From Psammoneis japonica (Eukaryota): a stretch of DNA of 64,000 nt. Location: NCBI GenBank assembly GCA_008632985.1, contig QPGO01000020.1, forward strand, positions 372,001 to 436,000, given 5' to 3'. The position numbers were made by a program, and so were the translations under genes. Under the pieces are notes generated by a model that was not told where the DNA came from, searched no databases, and saw nothing but the letters and a program-made list of their open reading frames with translations. Of this stretch, positions 49,994 to 61,200 are shown in pieces (positions within the stretch are counted from its first letter, which is position 1; every line of letters begins with the position of its first letter).

Positions 49994-52900
49994 TCCTTGT
50001 GGTCAAAGAAGGGGAGGCAATCCTCAGAGAAGCCATCACACACCTTGAGCAAAGCAAAAATGACAGTCTTTGCCTTGTCCCACTTTGCCTGCACCACAGT
50101 TTGGGCTGCATCTCCATCGGTGACTTGGAGCACAGCTCTGGCCCATGCACCCATCTCAGCCTGAGAAGGGGGTCTGACTTTTCCACCCGCATTCTCTGCA
50201 GACCCAAGTGCTGAAGCCTTGTGTCATTTGGTGAGCCACTTGCCAGGCCAGTTCCTTGCTGGCCCCATCCCCACAGGTTGTCTGCAAAGGTTTTGATGTC
50301 ACCCGCTGCAACTTGCAGATGCGAGCTCCACTTCATGACCAGCGGTTTGTTCACCTGACAGTTTGGGTCTCCAGGTGAGTTGCACAAAACCTTGTTGAAC
50401 CCCGTGGGATTTGATTTTTGAAGAGGGTCTCCACGGGCTGCTTTGTCTGCCCAGCAGCAGGACCAAACAGCAAGGCAGGGGCTGGGATGCATTCCCACAA
50501 AGAGGTGGGGGTCCAGCACTCCCAACCCATGAAGCCACCCTTGTGGTCTGAGGCCAGAGAGGAAGATGCTCCCTGAGAGGAGCCAAGTCCACTCCAGCAT
50601 GAGGGAGGATCTTGGGATCCATGAAAAAATTTAGGAACATGTCTCCCAGGTCAAGATCAACAGAAAAAGCACGTGCCGTCATGCACTCCAACGCCAAGGC
50701 CAGAGCAGGTAAAAAGAATGAAGGGGCCCAAAGTGCATCATTGAGCCCTGGCGAGGTGCCATTTTAAGCCACGCGAACATCTTTGACAACCTCAACAAGC
50801 TTGCCCTCCCATGGCTCAAGACGGGCTGTCTTGGGGACCCAGAAGCAATCAGCAAGGCTCTCCACTCACCCTTGATGAATGCACTGATGCTGCCAGATTT
50901 TCTGGAGCTTCTCCACCATGCATTGGATTTTGAAGGGAGTTCCGCAAATTTGTTGATGACGGTGGTGACAAGGGAGAGGCCCCTTTGCAAAAATGGGAGC
51001 ACCATCCCAAGCTGCACATCTTTGCTCCTCCACAAGCCAATGCCAAAACAAGAACAAGGGCCCACTGTCCCAAGCCCACCAAGAGCTGTCATGAATCTGG
51101 GCAAAAACTTTGGCCCCAAGAGAAGCATTCAAGAGAATCAATGGGGGAGAAGAGGGTCGTGGCACACACACACACACCTGTGGACATGCCCTTGAGTGTC
51201 CCAATGATGCCTGCACTGCATGGCCAGGGAAAAAACCCACAAGTGTCCACAGGTGTGGCATGAGCAACTCAAAAATGCCATGTGGTGCAACGATGCCACC
51301 AACCCATGGCCAGAGTGCAAAGCCAAGGCAAGGCAGGCGCAAGAGAGGGGAAAAGCAAGGCAACCCACTTGTCCCACAGCCAAAAAGGAGGGGCTGCCTT
51401 GTCATCCTTTGCTGCCTTGGCCGCAATGAGAGAGACATCAATCCACGAGTGTGGGAGATGGCGAAGCAAACCCGGGAGCCAGGCACCCGAGGGCCATCGC
51501 TCCATGTCCACCACCGTGTTTGGCACATCCCTCAGCAGCAACGGTCAAGAGGCCTGCCCAGAGGAGGCAATGCATGACTCCACCGGGACAGTTGGCAGGT
51601 TGAGCAGAGTGAGCCTTGCACTGTTCTGCACAACCCCAATGGCATCCAACATGCCAGAGCCATCTGGAACCAGAGAGGGAGATCCCGCAGCAAGCAGTTC
51701 AACCAGAGAGAGTGAGCGGGACACCCACCCTGCAGTGGATCTGAAAGACACTGATGCACCACAGGATGGGATAAAGATCCTGGATGAACCAGGTCTGCTT
51801 TGCCGCATGAGGATCCAACCAAGTCCCAAGAGACTGAGAGACCTGTCAGCTTGCAGTCAATGACATGACCAACAGTTCTGCACAACCCAACCCTCAAAAG
51901 GAGGGGTGGGAGTGTGTTTCCAAAACACAGTTGTGCAGAAAGGCGTGACTCCACCCAGACCAAAATGGGACACAGCATGGTGTGGCATGTGTTCAAGACT
52001 TCACAGATTCTGGTGCATTGTGCCTCTCACCAGGATCACAAAAGAAGGAGCAGCCGGGAGAAGATGTGCCACTGACTCCAGAAACCATGGAGGACCTGAA
52101 GCCAACACCAGATCATCCCAAGAGCTGGTGTGACCAACAGAGGTCCAAGCAATGTGGCAAAATGCCACTGGTTGGGACTCAAAGGCCTCGGCAATGGGAG
52201 CCACCAAGGCATCTCCCTCTGCATCATCATTGGACAAGCACACAGTCAGCCACTCAGTGGGGTACAATGCAAGGAGCCAAACCGGGGGGCGGAGGCTGCA
52301 ATGAGACAAGATCCTTTGAACGCAAAGGGTTTGTGGCCACAAACGACATGCCTGGGGTTGGGAGGGCTGTCAGCCAGAACTTCATCATCAGAAGCCCACC
52401 CAGCAGATTTCTCCAGCCCCCGTGCCCCTCTCACCTTTTGTTTTCAAGCGCCTTGAGCCACTTGGCAACATCCTTCAGCTTTTTCGTGTGCAACTTGTTG
52501 ATCTCAACGTGAGCCGAGTCCCCCTCAGCTTGTGCTGACTTGGCCTTGGAGCTTGCATTCTTTGCCTTGCCCGCACAAGTCTCAACAGTCATTTGAAGAG
52601 TGTGGTCACCACCTTGAAGCCTGAATTCAAAGCCAAGAATTTAATGCACTGACATGCCATGGATGGGTGGTCCGTGAACCCAGCCCCTGCATGCTCAGCC
52701 ATGATGTCCTGGGAACAAAATGCTGCCCACAGCAGAATCTTGCCACACACTGCATCCGGGTCAGCCCCAGAGATTGATGTGAGTGCGCCGGATCTCACCT
52801 TCTGGATGTCCTCAATGACAAAACGACGTCATCTTGGCTCGGAGGCACCCTCCTCCAAGTTGAATCAATCCAGAAGTCACAGTTGTTGGGCGGTCGTGCC

Positions 52901-53492
52901 ATCGGCAGGTCGTCTCCATCTATTCTAAAAACTAGTAGAGAGGGTACGAGGAGTCCAACGGCAGCCCGTACGACAAAAAATACAGACGCAGAGAACTTGA
53001 AACTGCCGCCGAGCGAGGATTATTTACAGTACAATGACCAAGTTGCTGCACAGTAGAAGAAATGTGTATACTTTTAGTTATTTGATGTTTTCATATTTGA
53101 TGTTTCAGTTGCTCTCTGCTTGAATCGCCGCTGCTGGCACCTACCGTACGGTAGAGGTAGTCGCATCCTACTCTACTCACTCTCTACCGCTGCTAGCTAG
53201 AGACGAGAGGTGTCAGGGTGCAGTGGAGCGTGGATTTCCTTACGAAATCTTGAAAACGGAATCATGATACCCCCTGCAAATACAAAATTGAATCATCTCT
53301 ATCGATATAACGGGATGGAATACTCGCTTCGCCACGTTTGCAAATGAACGAGAAAGGCAAGCGACATGCGGTACAATGCAACAGTTGGTCCCGAAGCACT
53401 GAAAGCAGGATGGGCGGCAAGTTGAAACAACTCATCAAAGAATGATACTATAAACTACAAACTGAAAAACCAACTACACACAAAATGTTGAC

Positions 53493-55177
53493 TCAATAGT
53501 AGGCTCCAATCGCAGGCGCCGCTTGCGCCATTCCAAATCCACCCACTTGGTAGTGTCCTTGAGGAGCAGCAGCCGCAGGCTGACTTCCGTACAAGACCAT
53601 CATTCCAGCTTGCGCCGCTGCCGGATCAAAGGCATGAGTCCGCATCACTTCTCGTTGAGGCGGTGCCTTGACGGTCGTGTCCTTGATTTGTTCCAAACTC
53701 GCCTGTGGTCCCAAGTGCCAATCGCCACGATTGGGTGGCAGCGGCTTTGACCTCTTCTTGGCCAATTCCTCTTCTTCGTGACGCTTTTGCGCCGCCTCCT
53801 TGATCTTTTCCGGCGTGTTTGGATCTTGTGAAATATCATCCAAATTGACAAGATTCTCGAGTGCGCGTCCTACATCCGATGGATCCGCCTCGACGACATC
53901 GACTCCAGCCGGGTCAGTGTACGACATCATGGTAAGTTTGGTCTGCTGCTGCTGCTGCGGTGGTGCAGCGGGAACAAGCGCTTCCGACTGTTGTTGTTGG
54001 TGTGGTGGTGTCACTACAGGTGGCGACGGCGCAAAGTTGGATGGAGTCGACAATTGCGAAACGGGTGTCGTTCCTTGAGGAGGAGCATACGTGTAGGCCG
54101 GCACGTGAACCGGGGGTGGTGCTTGGTACTGCTGTTGCACCGGAGCTGCAGCTTGTGGAGGCGGTGGTGGTACTTGGTATTGTTGCACAACCGGCGCGGC
54201 TACAGGCTGTGGTGGCTGTTGTTGTTGGGGAGGAGGGGGAGGTGCAGCATACGTGTGCGACTCGGCAGCCAAAGCAGGAAGGGCGGGCTGCTGTGTAGCC
54301 GGTGGTGCCGGTGCTCCTCCTCCATAGGCACTGAGAATACCGGAATGCACGTCAGTCATAGTGGGTGCCTTGGGAGCAAACTCGTCATTTGGAGCAAGAG
54401 CCGGGGCCGTATTGACCGTCTGTGTGTCCACCAAGAGTCCTGCCGTGGGAGAAGCAGCGGTATCGAGATAATCTTGAGGACCCACCGCATCCGAAACGAG
54501 ATCGGCCGGAGGTGGTTGAGCAAAGGCCGGAGCCGATGACACCGACGAGTCTTGCGGTACCAGTCCACGGTCCATTTGACGATACTGCTCTCTTGAATTG
54601 AGTCGTTCATAGTACTGTTCTTCTTGTTGTGGAGGCAACGCGTAGTTATTGTACGCAGGCTGGTTTTCTGCAACGTGCTTGTACGGCACCATACTCGCCG
54701 CGCTCTTGCTGCCCTTGGTGACGCCCAGCTCATACATTTTGGGCATGTCGAAGAAGCTCATGCCGTCGATAAATAGCTCAAACTGACGAAAGTTGGGAGT
54801 CGTAAAGAGAGGCGCCGCCGCATGAGCCACCAACTTGACCGTATGACTGCCTCGCATAGTCCACGTAGTATCAAACTTGGTTTGCTGTAGGTTGCCCTTA
54901 CTAAAGTGTACTTCGTGACCGTCCGCTAACACGAGACGCTTGCCTGATGTAAGAGACCATACCAAGGTGACTTCGTGTTCTTCTCCCCGACACTCAATAC
55001 CGGTCCTGCCCTCGGCGAGAGCTCTCGGGAAGAAAATCCAAAGCGAAAACGAACGCGACGCTTACTCGCAGCCAAGCGCTTGCCGGATTCGAGAGCCGAA
55101 AAGTCAATCTGATACACGGGATTGTGCGCCATACTGAAGCGGGGCGTCGTGTTATCGGCACTTGTCATCATGGTCAT
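53493..55177 (-). CDS. Hypothetical protein: globular N-terminal domain plus long Pro/Gln/Ala-rich tail; one frameshift near 55025
   Basis: ORFs 54926-55177 and 53493-54965 join through ..RFRFGF / ALAEGRTGIECRGEEHEVTLVWSLTSGKR..FELFIDGMSFF; gene-like codon usage. Confidence 0.75.
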
Positions 55178-57340
55178 GTTTGTATCTCAATGATTATACA
55201 ATGGGAAAGCAAAAATCGTGTGCTTTGTGAGAGAGCGTGAGCGTGTTGATTTTCTTGTTGCTCTTGTTTGTGTTGTGTCTGGTTCTCGCGACTTGGCGTC
55301 GTGGGTTGAAAAAATGCCAGTGTGCGCGAAAAGCATTCCCTCTCGTAGCTTCACGTACATTTTGTACCTGAAAGAACCGAATGATACTCCGACGATTTCA
55401 GTCGTATTGAATTTTTAAGTTCTACAGAAGTTTACTCGGAATTTATTTAACGGAATCTTATTTGAAACGATATAGGCTTACATAATATATTCACTCACAT
55501 ATACTGATTATACGCATTTTTCACGTTGTTCGTTGATTAGACGTTATATTTCAGTCATGCAAGTGATTCCCGCGCATCCAAAAAAAGATCCAACCGAATT
55601 GCGTTCCCTGCACGAATCAATCATCAAACAACGATTCACAATGCGCACCGTTTCCTGTCGCGTGTGTGTTATCTCTGATGTGAATATGCTCTATCCACCA
55701 TGCGAGGTTTTTTTGAATGGGATCGAACTAAAAGCAACATGCTCTAAAGACCGCCAACCACCTAGCCAGTTCTCAATGACACTGCGGGCGGAGTTGCGGC
55801 GAATTTTGACAAGCAACAAGCTCATGACGGCGGTGACCACGTACAGTACCACGGACCTCAAATGCAATGGCTGAACCAAGAGTTGAAATTGAAATGCTGC
55901 GTAAAAGGCAAGAGGATTGGTTGAAACGAGAAATCAAGACGACACAACACTGTTGCCTCCGCGATCCAACGACTCGGTATGTTGCTAGGTATGATATGCC
56001 GGACCAAGACTAGTAGTTTCTTTGGATTGTCAATGATCGTGTTTGGATTTTGAGTTGCAATGTTAATACGGATTGCGACCAGGAGGGGTCTCTATTAAGT
56101 GTTGGGGTTGGTGCTTTAGATCCGTCTGTGGATCGATTCCAAACGGCCCCGGCCGCATGTTGTTGGCTATTTGACACGCCCCGCAGCTTTTCGAGGGGTT
56201 TGTCACCAAGGAACTGCTTCGGAATGATTGTTGGAGGACTCTGGTCTAGTAGGTCTCGGTGCTGGATTTCGGACGTTGCGTATGCGCCAAAACTCTGTGA
56301 AGCTGTCGGACAGAAAAGCTCCTCAACTGCGACAGAAGATTTCATCGATTATTCAATGTAAATGGTTGCGATGTGGCCACCGATGCCCTGAGTGCCGTCC
56401 GATTGCAGTGTAGAAACGCATTTCTTGTGATGTGATGTTGCAAGTTTTCAAGACGAAGCTTTGAAAAGACACTGCGACACGTTCTAGAGAAGTCATCCGA
56501 GGGAGGCACGAATGATGCACAACGAGGCAAGATATGTCTACTGTTTGTTAGAGCGACAGGGCGCGAAGGATCGAACCGGCGACAGTTTCTCTTTCTGTCT
56601 ACATTTGCATGAATAGCTCTTGTGATGGAACAAGGGCCCGTGCAGTGGTCGTGGACTTGGGATGATTCGACAGATAGAGGAACCACGACCTGAGTGGAAG
56701 ATCTTACGCAATCATGTTACTCATAAAAATAGCATACCACCATCGAGAAAGTGAGTTTATGCTGGTAACTTGGAAGCGACCTTCCGTGTTCCTTGCTACT
56801 CGAAGACTAACGTCTTCTCACCTTCGTCTTTATTCTACCCTTGCAGATAAAAATACATGAGAGTTTCTGTCCCTTTCAAAATTGCAGGTACTTTCGCGAT
56901 TGGCTAACAGCTCAGATACGCGCTAAAGAACTTGTAGCAGAAAGCTTTAAGCTCGAGAAAAATGACAACAACCAGAGACACATAATGCACCACGTCGTTC
57001 TGACTTCTCCTGGCGGCAGAGAGCAGAGTAACCGGCGGCATAGACAAGAGATTGCTTTCTGTTTTCTAAGTTTCGATATTCGTCGACAGTTCAGTGTTTC
57101 CGCGAAAAGCGACAAATACCCTTCTCGATTGATGTGATCCAAGGTTCTTTGATTTGTAAGAGACTTTGAACAGCGTTCATTCTCTTCCTCGAAGCTATTC
57201 ACCCGCAAGCTCCTCTTGCTCGTCATTGTGATCCAAATGCACAGGACTCAATAGAACGCCGTTGATCATGTCTTATACTTCTTAATATTTGTAGTACTAG
57301 TTCTACGTGACCTAGACAATTCCATTTCGGATGCCGGTAG

Positions 57341-57942
57341 CTACTTGATCATCGTCTTGATCAATTCAATCAAAGCATGAAGTGAGTCTCCATCAGGGGG
57401 CTCCCAACGGTTAGTATCAATCCAGTGCTGGACTCCCGGGTGGTCGGGATTCTTCTTCGCGAACTTACGCATCTTGTTTCGGGTTCCAGAACAGCCTCCA
57501 CGACCGTCTTGCTGGCGTTTATAGAAGTTCTCTTCCGGCTCCAATTTATCCATGTACCTGATAATTGCATCGATGCTTTTTGGCATAGGATCAGGAGCGG
57601 CAAATAAGTACGCTGTTCCTCCAACTCCTCCTCCTCTATGATATTCTCAATCTTCACTTTTTGCTTCTTCATGGGATTGATGTTGGGGTTATCAACTTTG
57701 GAATTCTTTCGTTTCGAGCTTGGCCATCGCAAACGACCAGACTTTTCCTCTTCGGCAAGATCAAACCAGAGTTCATCACCATCATCAAACTCAACAAAAT
57801 GTTGAACACTCTCATTTCCACCCTTCGACTCAGAAATGTCCATTTTTGTGATGATCCCTGTGTAAAAGGCTTGGTTGCCATCCTCTTCAACAAAGAGAAT
57901 GGAGACCTTGCGGTTGAGGACAGTATCCTTGTACACCGCCAT
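57341..57942 (-). CDS. Small protein with a Tudor-like domain; frameshift near 57600
   Basis: LNRKVSILF..FYTGIIT..HFVEFDDGDELWFDL is a Tudor-like pattern; continues into ORF 57341-57586. Confidence 0.55.
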
Positions 57943-58229
57943 GTTGGAGAGGAGCTAGAGGTATAGGCTCAACAATACCCGAGAAACTTAATCGCAAGGC
58001 TTAGCGAGTTCGTGGCGTTACAGAAGACGAAAGACGACAGAGAGATAAAAAGAATAAAGATACTGCGGCGGGGTGTTGCGCTTTTTTGGGCGATGTCGAG
58101 TAAAACGAATGTTGACACAAAACGTGAAACGGTTCCCGCCACCGCGCGCGCCCGCCGGCAGTCATCATTGCGTCATCATTCGTTTTGTAGGCCCCCATGT
58201 CACGGCACATCGGATCTGACCTTTACATT

Positions 58230-61200
58230 GTTGAGGCTGGTTCAGGATGCATCCAGCCATCGAAACTGGAGACAATGTCATGACCATGGTTCAGGTGGAT
58301 GGTGTGTGCCCCTCACAATGATGCTTTTGGAGCAACTGTGGCGGCAGGCACCAGCGTCATTTTGGAAATGTTGTGGTGTTGCCACAGTGTGTGTGAGCGC
58401 ATTGCAAGGAATCTTTGTGTGCTCCAGCTGCCTTTGAGATTTTGACAACAAGTGGCCCAAATGTCCAAGTTGTCATCTGAGGAGAAGGAAACAAAACAAC
58501 AGAGGAGTTTCATTTTGCCAGCAATGATCCCTTCGCCAAGACTCTCAAGTGCGCAATTCGATGGCCCACGTCAGATTTGGCACGTGGCATCATGATGACT
58601 TTCAAGGCCAGTGAGCTGTTCAATGCTCCATTTTGGATGTCAAGTGCAGCAGTTCTGCAGCTTGCCCACTTGGAACAAGATCATGGGCACATGTGTTGCT
58701 TCGATTGTGTGATGCTGATGCTCCTTTTTTGAAATCGTTTTCATGCTGTGGAGAGCCATCTTGACTCCAAACAACTCCAACAGGCTCCAATGGAGCATGG
58801 TGTGTTCTCTTCACCCCCAGAGAAGGATGTGAAGAACATGTCCCCAAAATCACAACAGCAGACATGCACACTGTTGTGGCTTTGCATTTTCCTGACACAT
58901 TGATTTTTCCATGTTGGGCAACATGGATCCTGAATTTTCACCGACAATCAACTTTTTGCCCATCAACGCAGGACATGCAACATGAATTTTGCACTTTGTG
59001 AAGGGAAGTCAGTGCCAACCAGCCACTTTTTCATCTGTGATTGCAGGGAAAGACAACGGCAGTGCAAACATTTGACACTGGTGCGGTGGATTGGTGGTTG
59101 AACGCTGGTGTTTGCCAAAAAGAAAGTGCTGGATCAAGGTGAGGGGCACCCACCCATGATGCTTGTTGTCAGGTGCAGCCCAGCCACCTGCTCAACCATC
59201 GTTGCACTTTGGCAGCAAAGAGCCCCAGGCAATGCTCCTCAAGACTGTGTCACATGTCCACTTGGAGCTGGCTCTCCAGCTCAGCAGACATCTGATGATG
59301 GCTTGTTCCATGATGATGTGCTTCTCATCATGGAGGAGGAGTTTGACCTGCAATCATCATCTCACTCTTGCTCATCCTTGTCCTGCCAAGACAACAGTGA
59401 TGGCAGCACTGTTTGTGACAATGATGGCATGTGCTGCTTTGATCTGCTTGACATTTGGAGGAGTGATCAAGATGGAAGAAGCCCAACTTTTGAGACCTTC
59501 ATGCCTTTGGGAAACAAATTCCCCACCAAAACAAGCTTTGTCTCATGGAGGAAGAGTTGGTGGTCATGATGAAGAAGTGCTGCCCATCCCATGGCTTGTG
59601 CAAGGCTTTTCTTTCTTGGGCTGCACATGCCAAGGAGAGTGACCATGAGCACAAATCTTTGTCCTGCTCCACTGCCTTGCAGTGCATGAATGCTGAGCAT
59701 GCTGACTTTGTTGGGCCAGAGCCCATCTGCTCCACTGTGCATGCAGGGCTCAAGTTTTCCCAAGCACATGCCTGTGGTTTTTCCTCTGCACATTTTGTGT
59801 GAAGGGGGTTTGCAATTCCCTCCAAAGTTGGATGAAACCATCACAGGCCTTCTGTCCAGCCATTTTGGCATTTGCCACTCAGCAACTGCCCACTCCAGAG
59901 CACTTGCCAGTGCAAAAGATGGCACCACCCCTGCCTCCATCATGCCAATTTTCAAAACAAAGTTTGCTCCAAAATTGCCATTTGGAGCACAATTTCCAGC
60001 TGTTGCAAAGAATGGATGGCTGCTCATGCTCTTTGCCAAGACATGGGCAAGTTGCAGGTTGAAGCTGCTTTGTCTGAATTTGTCATGGTGAAAAATGAAG
60101 TTAATTTTCAGCTGGAGCAGCACCTGCAAAGTTGGATGAAACCATCACAGGCCCTGTGTCCAGCCATTTTGGTGTTTGCCACTCAGCAACTGCTTGTTCT
60201 GGAGCACTTGCCAGTGCAAAAGATGGCACCACCCCTGCCTCCACAGTGCTAATTTTTAAAATGAAGTTTGCTCCAAAATTGCCATTTGGGGCACAAAATC
60301 ACTTTGCAGCCACAACTGCTCCTCCACACAAACACCCATGTCATGTGCTGCTGACACCATTGCTGTGAGCCCTCTCTGTGCTGTTCTTTGCTGGGGGGGC
60401 ACCATCATGAATGGAAAACAGCAGATGAGCTGCCACCAAAAAGAACCAAACTCTCTGCTGCCTGCCTGTGCCAGGAGCAGCCAGCGCACTTCTTGGCAAA
60501 GTGTTTTTGAGTGGGTGACAGGCTGCCCAGCTGCAAAAGCAGCCAGCAAGGGCCAGCAACCAGCAGCAGGAGTGCCAGACAGACAACATGTTTCCATGCT
60601 TGACCAGAGTGTCACTTGTCAACAATTGAAATTTTCACATTTGTGCTGATCATTTCCACACATCTTCAATTTGCACGGATGTCAATTTTGTTTCTTGGTG
60701 GGGTTTTCAAGTCACAAACAATTAAGTCCTTTTTGCTTTTGTTTTGAGTTGTTGCCTGTGTGGCTCATTTTTGCACATTTTGAACTTGCCAAGAACAGCT
60801 TCATTTTTTTTCCCTCCATTCTCTGCTTTTGAGTTGCCTGTGTGGCTCATGCAAGTGTTTTCTCTGCATGCTGGAGTTTGCTGGTTCAATTTGTCATGGC
60901 ATGTTTCACCTCCTTGAGAGGTTGTGGCGCGCAGCTCCCAACCACAGTTGGCCATCAACAGCACTGGACTGTGCCACTCTGTCAAATTGCTCTTTGACAA
61001 AGCCACTCCCATTGTTGCAGCAATGATTTCCAGTGCTTGGAGCCCGGCAGAGAGAGCTGCCTGTGCACTCACCAAGCCCTGGATCAAATCAACTTTTGTG
61101 GTTAAATGGAGCTGACTGTGCTCATTGACTCTTGTCATTGCTCATGTTCAACATCCTTCTGTGCGGCAGATGCTTCCCAGAATGTTGCAAAGCACCCAAT

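Larger units (their letters stand above)
47250..52920 (-). mobile_element. DIRS/Ngaro-like tyrosine-recombinase retrotransposon remnant (gag, RT, RNase H, start of the YR-associated ORF)
   Basis: RT DLDLGDMFLNF..AGVDL and GFLVHLAMT..PFLKGTHLTLDFW; DIRS-type RNase H DASG..SSNWKEL..FFTDN..HLVHVCG..MIAQGTD; downstream DHLMVAFECDFCVF; gag-like HPSMACQCIKFLALNSG. Truncated before a recognisable YR catalytic core. Confidence 0.75.

Noticed and set aside
38690..52920. Classical fungal RIP or CpG methylation decay as the sole explanation
   Set aside because: RIP increases TpA. CpG decay cannot convert TAY to TGY/CAY, and the copia retains CpG while lacking TpA.
56010..57226. Possible fragmented minus-strand gene (MTSKRSLRV.. 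to MKSSVAVEE..)
   Set aside because: Short discontinuous ORFs with no recognisable domain or clear splice pattern.
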